DNA from: Vulcanimicrobiota bacterium
Lineage (GTDB): Bacteria > Vulcanimicrobiota > Vulcanimicrobiia > Vulcanimicrobiales > Vulcanimicrobiaceae
NCBI GenBank assembly: GCA_963792005.1
Contig: CAWBUG010000002.1
Location: 471,179 to 535,178 of the forward strand
Direction: 5' to 3'
Length of the DNA stretch: 64,000 nt
A model generated the notes under the pieces. That model worked only from the letters and a program-made list of their open reading frames with translations, did not search any database and had not been told where the DNA came from. Shown here piece after piece: positions 17,092-26,265 of this stretch (position 1 is its first letter; each line of letters starts with the position of its first letter). A program made the translations under genes and the position numbers.

Positions 17092-19100
17092 CGCCGACGA
17101 CGCGAGGTCTGGCGCCGCTGGCGTCGGCGATTGCATTCACCGTCGGATTCAACGTCGTCGCGTCGACCGCGTCGGCCGCACCCTCGATGCGGGACGTGCT
17201 CACGGCGTCGTACCGAGTCCGCGACCTTCGCGACGTCGATCTGTCGCCGGACGGCCGCGCCGTCGCATGGGAAGAGCAGTATCACGATCCGGCCGATCTG
17301 CTGCAGTCGCCGATGTATAGCGCGCTCTACGTACGGAAACTCCAGGGCGGCTCGCCGCCGGTTCGCTTGACCGCAGGAGGACGCAACGGCAACTACACCG
17401 AGGAGAACCCCGTCTGGTCGCCCGACGGACGCAAGATTGCATTTCTGTCGGACGCGCGCTCGAAAGGACAGCTGCAGCTCTTCGTCGCCGATGCCAACGG
17501 TCGGAACGTGCGTCAGATCGGCGTCTTCAAGGGCGACGTGCAACGGCTTACCTGGTCTCCCAAGGCCGACGCACTCGGGGCGCTGTATATCGCCGCCGCA
17601 CACCGGCTCGCCGGAGCGCTCGCGCCGGGCGCGCGCGATGTGGGCGTCATCGGTACGACGGTCGACGAGCAGCGCCTCGTGACGATCGACCCCGCCGCCG
17701 GCACTCGTCGCTTCATCACGCCGGCAAACGTCTACGTCTACGAATATGGCTGGTCGCCCGACGGTCGTGAGATCGCCGCGACCTACGCAAAGGGCAACGG
17801 CGATAACAACTGGTGGATCGCGCGGCTCGCCCGCGTCGACGTCGCAAGCGCAACGATGCACGATCTCCTTGCGCCCTCCTACCAGATCGACGACCCCCAA
17901 TGGTCGCCCGACGGCAGCCGCATCGCGATGATCGGCGGAATCATGAGCGACTTCGGATCGACCGGCGGCGACGTGTATATGGTCGACGCGCGGAGCGGCG
18001 AATCGGTCGACGTCACCGACGGTGCACCGGTCTCGGTGCAGTCGCTTCGCTGGAACGATGCATCGAGTCTCGATCTCGTCGCGCACGTCTCAGGATCGAT
18101 GCGCCTGATGCGACTCGACGTTCCGGCGAGCGGACATTCCGCCTTGACCTCGCTGACGGATCGCGAGGAGTCGCTCTGGAGCTGGTCGAGCACTCGAGGC
18201 GGCGCAAGCGTAGCGCTCGCGCGTGCTTCGTTCGCCGAGCCGCCCGAGATCTGGGCTGGTTCGCGATCCGCTCTCACGCAAATCAGCTCGAGCAACGCCG
18301 GTGCGACGCGCCTGTACGGTAAAGCAGTTTCGCTGCAGTGGCAAGATGACGGGCTTCCCGTTCAAGGCTGGCTGATCTACCCGCTGAATTTCGACGCGCG
18401 CAAGCAGTATCCGATGGTCACGGTGATCCATGGCGGCCCGTCGGCCGAGACCGTGCCGTCGTTTGGCGGGCGCAACCTCAATGCGCTGGGCTCGCGCGAC
18501 TACTTTGTGTTTATGCCAAATCCGCGCGGCAGCTTCGGCAAAGGCGAAGCCTTTACGCGCGCTGACGTCAAGGATTTCGGCTACGGCGATTGGCGCGACG
18601 ATTTGACCGGCGTCGATGCGGCACTCAAAGCCGCGCCGATCGATCCGAATCGATTGGGTCTGATGGGCTGGAGCTACGGCGGGTACATGGGAATGTGGGC
18701 CGAGACGCAAACCACGCGTTTCAAGGCGATCGTCGCCGGCGCCGGAATCGTCAACTGGCAGTCGTACTACGGACAGAACAAAATCGATCAATGGATGATC
18801 CCATTCTTCGGCGCGTCGGTCTATCAGGATCCCGCCGTCTACGCACGAAGCTCGCCGATTACGTTTATCACGCAGTCCAAGACGCCGGTGCTCATCCTCC
18901 AGGGCGAACTCGACGAAGAGGTTCCGGCGCCGCAAGCGTTCGAGTTCTGGCACGCCATGGTAACCCTCGGCGTCCCGACGAAACTGGTCGTGTATGCGGG
19001 CGAGGGGCATGGACCGAGAAAAATCGCCGATCAAATCGACATTCTCGATCAAACCGTGGATTGGTTCGATCGATATCTTGCTTCGAGCGTTGGAGGATAG
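17088..19100 (+). CDS. S9 family serine peptidase (prolyl oligopeptidase / acylaminoacyl-peptidase type) with TolB-like propeller
   Basis: 670 aa. Signal-like N-terminus. Repeated WSPDG blades. Nucleophile elbow GWSYGGYM. Confidence 0.85.
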   Translation: MTPTTRGLAPLASAIAFTVGFNVVASTASAAPSMRDVLTASYRVRDLRDVDLSPDGRAVAWEEQYHDPADLLQSPMYSALYVRKLQGGSPPVRLTAGGRNGNYTEENPVWSPDGRKIAFLSDARSKGQLQLFVADANGRNVRQIGVFKGDVQRLTWSPKADALGALYIAAAHRLAGALAPGARDVGVIGTTVDEQRLVTIDPAAGTRRFITPANVYVYEYGWSPDGREIAATYAKGNGDNNWWIARLARVDVASATMHDLLAPSYQIDDPQWSPDGSRIAMIGGIMSDFGSTGGDVYMVDARSGESVDVTDGAPVSVQSLRWNDASSLDLVAHVSGSMRLMRLDVPASGHSALTSLTDREESLWSWSSTRGGASVALARASFAEPPEIWAGSRSALTQISSSNAGATRLYGKAVSLQWQDDGLPVQGWLIYPLNFDARKQYPMVTVIHGGPSAETVPSFGGRNLNALGSRDYFVFMPNPRGSFGKGEAFTRADVKDFGYGDWRDDLTGVDAALKAAPIDPNRLGLMGWSYGGYMGMWAETQTTRFKAIVAGAGIVNWQSYYGQNKIDQWMIPFFGASVYQDPAVYARSSPITFITQSKTPVLILQGELDEEVPAPQAFEFWHAMVTLGVPTKLVVYAGEGHGPRKIADQIDILDQTVDWFDRYLASSVGG

Positions 19101-19288
19101 ATTTTTGCGCGCGACGGCTAATCGGCGCGGCGGAAAAACTAAGATCATTCCCTGCAAATCGGCTAGCTAAACCTCGGTAAAGGAGCATTAAGGCGCACGT
19201 CGGAGTTCCGTAATGGGCGCGGGAATTCTGGCAGCTTGCAACGTGCACGCGCGCGGAAAGGTGCGGTGACCGTAGAAACCACCGGGGC

Positions 19289-19492
19289 ATGAAAGGTGCC
19301 ACTACTCTCGTCCTGATTATCGTTGCAACGGTCGTGATACTACTCGGAAACCCGAGCCAATCGGTGAGTGTATTCTTGCAGCGCGCCTGTCAGTTGACGC
19401 ATTGGAGCGATTCGTGCGACCTTGCATCGGATGCAGCCAGCGCAAGTACGAGCACGAGTACGAGTGTGAGCACGAGCACGAGCCTGAAATAG
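19289..19492 (+). CDS. hypothetical small membrane protein with (Ser/Thr)n tail
   Basis: 67 aa. One TM-like helix LVLIIVATVVILLG. The C-terminus STSTSTSVSTSTS is encoded by an imperfect hexamer repeat at 19445-19483. Confidence 0.3.
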   Translation: MKGATTLVLIIVATVVILLGNPSQSVSVFLQRACQLTHWSDSCDLASDAASASTSTSTSVSTSTSLK

Positions 19493-19514
19493 CGGTCTCG
19501 ACCGTACCGGGACT

Positions 19515-19916
19515 TTAAGTTTCCATCGGGGACGACCGTGAAACCAACGTGAGCATGCGAACGTCGGGCGTTTCGAAAGCGACGGAGTGCGACAGCTCTC
19601 CGAAGCCGTCGCGAATGTCGAAGATCGTGTCAAAGTGACAGACCTCGAGAATACGTTTGACGCCGGAGCTCAAGCCGACCAGCACGAGGCGAGCGCCGCG
19701 GTCGTTGGTACGGCTGCGCAGCTCGAAAAAGCATTTGAGCACGCTGGAATCGATGTAGGTCGTACTGCGAAGGTCCACGACGACGAGGCTCGCGCTGCTC
19801 GGGATCGAGAAGGCATCTCGCAAACGGTCACAATCGGAGAGATCAAACTCCCCTTCAAGCTTCAAGACGAACGTTAGGGTGCTGGTCCCTGCGCTCCCAA
19901 GTGCGGGCATTTCCAT
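19515..19916 (-). CDS. STAS-domain anti-sigma-factor antagonist-like protein
   Basis: 133 aa. VVDLRSTTYIDSSVLKCFFEL (DSS phospho-site context). GGAGGAG RBS. Confidence 0.75.
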   Translation of the reverse strand: MEMPALGSAGTSTLTFVLKLEGEFDLSDCDRLRDAFSIPSSASLVVVDLRSTTYIDSSVLKCFFELRSRTNDRGARLVLVGLSSGVKRILEVCHFDTIFDIRDGFGELSHSVAFETPDVRMLTLVSRSSPMET

Positions 19917-20063
19917 GGCAGGTCTCCTCCGATGAAGTGCTTCGTGCGGGTACCGCCCGGTGCCTTTTATTCATAACAGGGGAACAACTAACGGGCGTCT
20001 GCTCGCTCACGTGCTCTTTGCCGCCGCGCGGGATTCGGCGATACAACGGGAAACATTGAAGTT

Positions 20064-20324
20064 GTGAATACGCGAACCGCCGCAAAAGACCGACCGAAAG
20101 AGTTTTCCGCACGCGTTGGCGTCGCCGCTAACGCGCAGCGAATCACCGTAAATCTCTCTGAGGAAATAGGCGAACGTCTGCACGAGATAGCGTCGCAATC
20201 GCGCGTAAGCGAAAGCTCGATCGTGGAGGTTGCCTTACGGCAGCTCCTTCGCAAGGTTAGCCCGCTAGCTTTGGGCACGTTCCTGCGTGCCAACGGAGCC
20301 TGCCTGCGGCGTCCGAAAACTTGA
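20064..20324 (+). CDS. CopG/ribbon-helix-helix family protein
   Basis: 86 aa. RITVNLSEEIGERLHEIASQSRVSESSIVEVALRQLL. TTGA overlap with the next gene. Confidence 0.6.
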   Translation: MNTRTAAKDRPKEFSARVGVAANAQRITVNLSEEIGERLHEIASQSRVSESSIVEVALRQLLRKVSPLALGTFLRANGACLRRPKT

Positions 20325-22150
20325 CCCACATTCGAGATCTTTCACGTTTACTCGCTGCGATTAGCAGCGCGGCCGAAGATCCGGCGAATTTCGAGGACCT
20401 GCTCGATGCGATCGTCGGCATGGAACGAATGTTCTCGAGCGCCCTGCTCTTGAAGTCGGCGCGGCCCGACGGAGCGTTCGTTATCGCGGTATCGCGTGGG
20501 TTAACCGGCACGCACGCCCGGTATTGGATGCGGTGGCCGCTGCGGCGGCTCTTCGTTCGCATGAGACCGACGCGCATTCTGGATCCCTCAAGTGGCCGCC
20601 CGGCGATGGCTATTCCATTTTCGTATAAAAGTGACCGATGGGTGGTAATCGCGCCGCTTGCCGAATCGGTGCGGATGCCCGCGGTGAACGATTTCTTCGA
20701 GGCGCTGGAAAAAGTCACGATACCCACACCCGTCCCGCCGGCGGAGCAGTACCGCTTCCCGTATACGCTGATGGAACCGAGTATTCTCAGCTTCGGCTTG
20801 GACGACGAAGTGCATCATTCGCTCGTGTCCGGCCTCGCTCAGCGGGGCTGGCCGTTGGAACGCGCGTCGAATTTTGGAGAGCTTTCGCAGCGGGTACTGC
20901 AGAAGGACGTCCCCGACATCATCGTGGTCGACGTTGCACGGCTATCCGATCCGATCTCTGCAGTCGCTAGCATCCATCGGATCGTCAACTGCAGCACCCT
21001 GCGCATCCTCGCGTTCTGCCCGGGCGACTTTCCATCGTGGCAAAGCCGGTCGTTGATCGATCGGTGTCTGCCGTACGACGCTCCCAGCGAAGCGATCTTC
21101 AAGGCGGTCAAGGAACTTACGCTCGAAGCAGGGCGTTTGCGGAGTGCTCGTATAGAGATGGAGCGGCTGTTAGTTCGCGACGCTGCGGTAAGCGCCCAGA
21201 ACCCGAAAGAGCTCGTCGACTTCGCTTCGGAAAAGGCCGCGGCCATCATGCAGGGTTGGGGCTGCTGTTTTTTGCTCGACGAGCAGGGGACGGTATTCCG
21301 ATCGGAGTTTCCCGCCGGCCGGCCGCCGGTCGTTACATCTATACCGAAGAACTTCCTCAGCGGCGCGTCCTTTTTTTCGGCGGGGTGCGAAGATGGTTTC
21401 TTTGAAAAAGTGAGCGACGTAGCGAGCGAGCGCGACGCATTTCTCGCAATGGCGCCTTCCTCGGCTGCGGCGGTCGCGCTCGTCGATGCAAGCGGCTTGC
21501 ATCGCGGAGTTCTCATCGCTTGCTCAATCGGTCGCCAAGCCGCGGCGACGGCATTCGAGGCGATCGACGGACTCGGTCAAACCATCGTGGAGCGATTCGG
21601 CGAGCTGCTGCAGGGCTATCGCTCTTTGCCCGAGATCCGAAAGGAACGCTGGTGGGAACGGCTTCGCGATCGCGCGTTTGGTTTGGACGTTTACCGTTCG
21701 AGCGATTGCGCGATTCCCTGGCGTTACCGGCTCGTTACGGAAACGCGCGGTTTGCTTACTCTCAACCTCAAGGAGAGCAGCGGATTCAACCAGGCGTTGA
21801 TCGAGTCCGTAGCGCGCGAGCTTTCCCCTGCGGAGGCCGCGCGCGATCATGCAAACGGCGAGGCGTTTTTCGCCGCCTCCTTCGATTTCCATTCGAAAGA
21901 GATGGAGTATGCGACGCAAGGATTCTCGGCGCCGATTTTTTTAAACCAGTCGGGGCCCGCGGGGACCATCGCTACGTCGCGCGGCGTCACGAGTGGTGTG
22001 GCAGTGTTGAAGTCTCCGAGGCAGGCCGTCGTCTGCGACGGGGCGCTATGGGGCTGGCTCGGCGACCGCTTCTCGTATTTAACGCGGTTACATGAGACGC
22101 TCGATCTGGAGCGTCCGCAAGGTCTTGCTTCGATTATTACGCTGGGTTAG
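20321..22150 (+). CDS. multidomain regulatory protein (GAF-like, REC-like, GAF-like, degenerate PP2C/SpoIIE-like C-terminus)
   Basis: 609 aa. The REC-like segment is SFGLDDE...PDIIVVDV...RILAFCPG. The C-terminal FFAASFDFHSKEMEYATQGF resembles the RsbU/SpoIIE core, but the metal-binding GDVSGHG is replaced by LKESSGF. The domain reading is my inference. Confidence 0.5.
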   Translation: MTHIRDLSRLLAAISSAAEDPANFEDLLDAIVGMERMFSSALLLKSARPDGAFVIAVSRGLTGTHARYWMRWPLRRLFVRMRPTRILDPSSGRPAMAIPFSYKSDRWVVIAPLAESVRMPAVNDFFEALEKVTIPTPVPPAEQYRFPYTLMEPSILSFGLDDEVHHSLVSGLAQRGWPLERASNFGELSQRVLQKDVPDIIVVDVARLSDPISAVASIHRIVNCSTLRILAFCPGDFPSWQSRSLIDRCLPYDAPSEAIFKAVKELTLEAGRLRSARIEMERLLVRDAAVSAQNPKELVDFASEKAAAIMQGWGCCFLLDEQGTVFRSEFPAGRPPVVTSIPKNFLSGASFFSAGCEDGFFEKVSDVASERDAFLAMAPSSAAAVALVDASGLHRGVLIACSIGRQAAATAFEAIDGLGQTIVERFGELLQGYRSLPEIRKERWWERLRDRAFGLDVYRSSDCAIPWRYRLVTETRGLLTLNLKESSGFNQALIESVARELSPAEAARDHANGEAFFAASFDFHSKEMEYATQGFSAPIFLNQSGPAGTIATSRGVTSGVAVLKSPRQAVVCDGALWGWLGDRFSYLTRLHETLDLERPQGLASIITLG

Positions 22151-23111
22151 TTACTGCGTCGAAAGAGGCCTCAAGCGCTTGACGAACGCGCGCGAGGTCG
22201 TTCTCCACTTCCCTAACTCTCCGTTCGAAACGGTGAAAACTCGCGAGCTCGCCGTGCCCGCGCGAACGCTCCCGCAAGCGAGCTAGCAAGTCGCGGCGCT
22301 CCTCGAGCGCGCGAATCGAGGCCCACAAAGCGGACTCCAAGTGGCGCTCGTGTGCCGAGAGCATCGACTCCCCGCTGTACGCATGTCCGGTGCGGCATCG
22401 AAATCGAAGCATTCCGGCGTCGTCGAGTTCCCACAGCGTCCCGCCGCAATCCGGACAAGTAAAGACCGATGGAGTGCCGGCTTGGCGTTCGTCGGGCGCC
22501 GTTCGCTGCACCGGCCGTTCGGCGGAAACCGGTTGAGCGACCCATTGCCGGATCGCAGCGACGAGATGTCGAGCGGTGTAGACGCCGTCCACCGCTCCCG
22601 TCTGGATCGCATTGAGCGGCATAGCGGCGAATTCCGCGTCGTCGGGATCTTGCACGAACGTCGCTCCTCCGGCGCGGTGAATGGCGACGAGGCCGGCCGA
22701 GCCGTCGTCGAGCATACCCGAGAGGAGCACGCCGCAGGCGCGGGAATCAAAACTTGAAGCTGCGCTCCGAAAAAGTACGTCGATCGACGGGCGGTGATTG
22801 TTTTCAGTCGGTCCGTGCAGCACGCGCATCACGCCGTCTTGCAAAACTAAATGATGGTTCGGGGGAGCGACGATAATCTGCGCGGGCGCGATCGGGGCGC
22901 CGTCAATCGCATGTGTGGCAAAGAGCGCCCCGGCGCGGGCTAAAAGATGCGGTAAAGCCGAAACGCGCTCTGCCGGAACGTGCGTCACGACGAAAACCGC
23001 CGCTGGAAAGTCGGCGGGAAACTCCGCGACGATTTTCAGCAAGGCTTCGAGGGCGCCGGCCGAGCCGCCCACGACTACTGCAGGAAAGCGATGCGTCGCT
23101 CGATTCTCCAC
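22137..23111 (-). CDS. REC-less CheB-type methylesterase with C-terminal Zn-ribbon/coiled-coil extension
   Basis: AVVVGGSAGALEAL...HRPSIDVLFRSAA...LSGMLDDGSAG is the CheB catalytic domain. The tail is FTCPDCGG...RFRCRTGHAYS. A GTG start at 23111 was chosen because upstream ORF sequence overlaps the real N-terminus of the divergent gene. Confidence 0.75.
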   Translation of the reverse strand: MENRATHRFPAVVVGGSAGALEALLKIVAEFPADFPAAVFVVTHVPAERVSALPHLLARAGALFATHAIDGAPIAPAQIIVAPPNHHLVLQDGVMRVLHGPTENNHRPSIDVLFRSAASSFDSRACGVLLSGMLDDGSAGLVAIHRAGGATFVQDPDDAEFAAMPLNAIQTGAVDGVYTARHLVAAIRQWVAQPVSAERPVQRTAPDERQAGTPSVFTCPDCGGTLWELDDAGMLRFRCRTGHAYSGESMLSAHERHLESALWASIRALEERRDLLARLRERSRGHGELASFHRFERRVREVENDLARVRQALEASFDAVTNPA

Positions 23112-23149
23112 GTCGGAGGCCTTGTTCCCTGGTTGGATAAGAACCTCAC

Positions 23150-25696
23150 ATGCCGAAAGCACATAACCCCGACGAGTCCTACCTCGTCGTGGTTGGGGCG
23201 TCCGCCGGCGGCATCGAGGCGCTCGAGCGCCTGGCCGGAGCGCTTCCGCAAGACTTCCCCGCACCGGTCGTCGTCGCACAGCATGCCGATCCCAGCGCGC
23301 GAAGCCACTTAGCGGAAATTCTGCGCCGGCGAACGTCCTTGAACGTGACCGTCGCCGAGCACGACGAAGAGTTGGTGCCGGCCACGATCTACCTCGCTTC
23401 GACAGGCCAAAACGTTGCGATTCGCGGTCAGCGCGTGGTAGGCAGCGAACGGCTCCAGGGACATCCCGTTCCATCGATCGACGCGCTCTTCATCAGCGCG
23501 GCCGAGAGTTTCGGCGACCGGGTGGTCGCATTGATTCTGACGGGAATGGGGACCGACGGGGTGGCCGGAGTTCGCGCCGTCAAAGAGTTCGGGGGCACCG
23601 TTCTCGTTCAAGAGCCCGAATCGGCGGCCTTTCCGGCGCTGCCGGCGGCGATTCCGCTCAGTCACGTCGATTACACCGCAAACCTGGAGTCGCTGGCGCC
23701 GCTGTTGACGACGCTGACCGCCGGACCGCGCGACGCCGAGATCGGCAATCCGGACGTCTTGAATGCGTTTCTCGGCCAACTGCGCGGCCGTACGGGCATC
23801 GACTTCAGACAGTACAAAACGCCCACCATCATTCGCCGGCTCTCCCGGCTTATGGCGACGGCGGGCTGCGCGACGCTGAAGGATTACTTGCGCCACCTTA
23901 ACTCGCATCCGGATGCCTATCAGCGTTTAATCGGCGCCTTTCTCATCAAGGTTACCGAGTTCTTCCGAGATCCGGCGCTCTTCGCGTATCTGCGGGAGCG
24001 GATTCTGCCCGATATCCTGGATCAGGCGCGCGCGAATCGCGGCGAAGTGCGGCTATGGTCCGCCGGCTGCGCGACCGGCGAAGAAGCGTACACGCTGGCG
24101 ATAGCGTTGGCGGAATTGCTTGGCGACGACCTCGAAAATATTCCGATTAGGATCTTCGCCACCGACCTCGACGCCGATGCAATCGCGTTTGCTCGCCGGG
24201 GCATCTATCCTGCGAGCGCGTTGAAAGAGATTCCTCCGCCGGTCCTAAACAAATATTTTAGCCGCGTAGACGATGCGTTTCAAATAAAAAAGCGCATTCG
24301 CAACTTGACCGTCTTCGGCGAGTACGATCTGGCTCAGCGCGCACCGTTTCCCCGAATCGACCTCGTCCTTTGCCGCAACGTGTTGATCTACTTTACAAAG
24401 GAGCTCCAGCAGCGAACGCTCCAACTGTTTGCGTTCTCGTTGCGTCCCGGCGGATATCTCGTATTAGGAAAATCCGAAACCACGAACCCGTTGCCGCAAT
24501 ACTTCGCGACCGTTCAGCCCACTCTCAAAGTCTTTCAGCGTCAGGGAGATCGCCTGCTGATTCCGGCACCGGCAATAGTCGACGGCACGGCCTTGCGCGA
24601 GCGTCCCTCGGTGCGCCAGGCTGCAATGTCGACGGTCTTGCCGCGGCGCTCTTCGGGAGAATCCTTGGCGCCGCGCTGGTCGCTGGTCGATCGCCTGGGA
24701 GCGTTTTTGTTCGATTCGTACCTCGGAGTCGTGGTCGTCGATCGGAACTACGATATACTTACGATCAATCACGCGGCGCGATCGATGCTCGGCATTCACG
24801 GACAAGGCATCGGCGAAGACCTCGTCCATTTTGCAAAGATGCCTTCCAGCGATCTGAAAACCGCGCTGGACGCGGCATTTCGGGGTGAGGACATGGCCGA
24901 AGTGTGCGAGGTGGAAGTCAAAGATCTCGCAACCGATACGACGCGCTACCTTCACGTCGAGTGCTTCCCCGACCGGACGTCGAGTAAAGACGGCCGCGTC
25001 GAGGGAGTATTCGTCCTCGTCACCGATGTTACGGACCGCACGGTCGGCAGACGTGCGCTCGAAGCCAACAACCGCAGGAACGAAGAATCGTCGGCGCGAT
25101 TAGCGTCGCAGAACGCCGAGCTGCAAGAACGGCAGAGAGCCTTGATTGCGGCAAACGACGAACTGACTTCCGCTAACGCCGATCTGCGTAACGCTAACGA
25201 GCACCTTCTCATCTCGGCTGAAGAGGCGGAAGCCGCCGCTGAAGAGGTGGAGACGCTCAACGAAGAGATGCAAGCGACCAGCGAAGAGCTGGAAACGCTA
25301 AACGAAGAGCTTCAGGCGACGGTCGAAGAACTCAATACGACGAACGAAGAGTTGGCCGCTCGCAGCAACGAGCTCGAGAAGACGGCACGGGAGCGCGAGA
25401 CGGAACTCACGACGGGGCGCAAAGCCCTGGCGACGCTCGAGGCGCTGGTCGACAAGACGCCCCTCGTTCTATCGCTGCTCGACGAAGCGCAGAAAGTCGT
25501 CAGCGCCTCTCGAGAGTACCTTCGTTTTGCCGAAAGGAACAAAGGGGTGCTTCCGGCGATCGGCGAGGTTTGGAAAAAGACGCCGCCGTCGGTAACGCTT
25601 CACGGTCCAAACGGGCAGCAGCAAACCTTTAGCGTCGACATGACGGCCACGCCCGGAGACGGGGCCTCGCGGATCGTGCTCTTGCACCCACGGTAG
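23150..25696 (+). CDS. CheB methylesterase / CheR methyltransferase fusion with PAS and coiled-coil region
   Basis: 848 aa. CheB part: VVVGASAGGIEAL. CheR part: FFRDPALF...VRLWSAGCATGEEAYTLAI. Heptad-rich EEVETLNEEMQATSEELETLNEELQATVEEL. No kinase domain was seen. Confidence 0.85.
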   Translation: MPKAHNPDESYLVVVGASAGGIEALERLAGALPQDFPAPVVVAQHADPSARSHLAEILRRRTSLNVTVAEHDEELVPATIYLASTGQNVAIRGQRVVGSERLQGHPVPSIDALFISAAESFGDRVVALILTGMGTDGVAGVRAVKEFGGTVLVQEPESAAFPALPAAIPLSHVDYTANLESLAPLLTTLTAGPRDAEIGNPDVLNAFLGQLRGRTGIDFRQYKTPTIIRRLSRLMATAGCATLKDYLRHLNSHPDAYQRLIGAFLIKVTEFFRDPALFAYLRERILPDILDQARANRGEVRLWSAGCATGEEAYTLAIALAELLGDDLENIPIRIFATDLDADAIAFARRGIYPASALKEIPPPVLNKYFSRVDDAFQIKKRIRNLTVFGEYDLAQRAPFPRIDLVLCRNVLIYFTKELQQRTLQLFAFSLRPGGYLVLGKSETTNPLPQYFATVQPTLKVFQRQGDRLLIPAPAIVDGTALRERPSVRQAAMSTVLPRRSSGESLAPRWSLVDRLGAFLFDSYLGVVVVDRNYDILTINHAARSMLGIHGQGIGEDLVHFAKMPSSDLKTALDAAFRGEDMAEVCEVEVKDLATDTTRYLHVECFPDRTSSKDGRVEGVFVLVTDVTDRTVGRRALEANNRRNEESSARLASQNAELQERQRALIAANDELTSANADLRNANEHLLISAEEAEAAAEEVETLNEEMQATSEELETLNEELQATVEELNTTNEELAARSNELEKTARERETELTTGRKALATLEALVDKTPLVLSLLDEAQKVVSASREYLRFAERNKGVLPAIGEVWKKTPPSVTLHGPNGQQQTFSVDMTATPGDGASRIVLLHPR

Positions 25697-25776
25697 CCGC
25701 TCGGCTGCCGTCCCGTTTGAATGCCGCGCAGAACCGGGTATGCCAACCGCAACCAATCTTTTTTGCGAGGCCTTCA

Positions 25777-26265
25777 ATGCAAATCGACACGACGCTCCTG
25801 CCGGTACGCGGATCCGATGCCGTAGAGATTCTCACCAACGATCACCAAGTCATCAAGACGCTTTTGAACGAGCTTACCGAGGCAAGCGGCAGCGGTCGCC
25901 CGCAGGTGCTCGAGCAACTCAAAGGCGTGCTGACCATTCACAACGCGACGGAAGAGAATCTCGTCTATCCGGCGCTCAACAAAGTCGCGGGAAGTAAGCT
26001 CGAGGCGCAGCATCTCTATCACGAGACCGCGGAGGCTGACACGCTGCTTTTCGAACTGGATTCGATGTTACAGGAGCATGACGATTCGGAGTTCGGCGCA
26101 AAGGCCGAGAAATTTGCGGAAGCGGTACGCCATCACATTGAAGAGGAAGAGCAGAAAGCGTTCCCGCGATTACAGGAGAATGCCGACGCCCTCCATGCCG
26201 AGATTCTTGCCGAATCGGTGAAGAAGTTCCGCAAGGCGGTTCACTTCGAGCTGCCCACCGCGTAG
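25777..26265 (+). CDS. hemerythrin HHE cation-binding domain protein
   Basis: 162 aa. DAVEILTNDHQVIKTLL...HNATEENLVYP...HHIEEEEQKAFP. Confidence 0.75.
   Translation: MQIDTTLLPVRGSDAVEILTNDHQVIKTLLNELTEASGSGRPQVLEQLKGVLTIHNATEENLVYPALNKVAGSKLEAQHLYHETAEADTLLFELDSMLQEHDDSEFGAKAEKFAEAVRHHIEEEEQKAFPRLQENADALHAEILAESVKKFRKAVHFELPTA

Noticed and set aside
19445-19483. Short periodic repeats that could suggest a CRISPR array (the hexamer repeat here, 18-nt repeats at 57013-57066, and periodic GAAGAG... at 25200-25340)
   Set aside because: The units are 6-18 nt, contiguous without spacers, and lie inside ORFs (a Ser/Thr tail, a Pro/Arg/Glu repeat, coiled-coil heptads). No cas genes are present.
23112-23474. 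Long N-terminal extension of the CheB-like ORF (track start at 23474)
   Set aside because: The extension is Arg-rich. It overlaps, in antisense, the well-conserved N-terminus of the CheB-CheR fusion. The conserved CheB domain begins right after the GTG at 23111.
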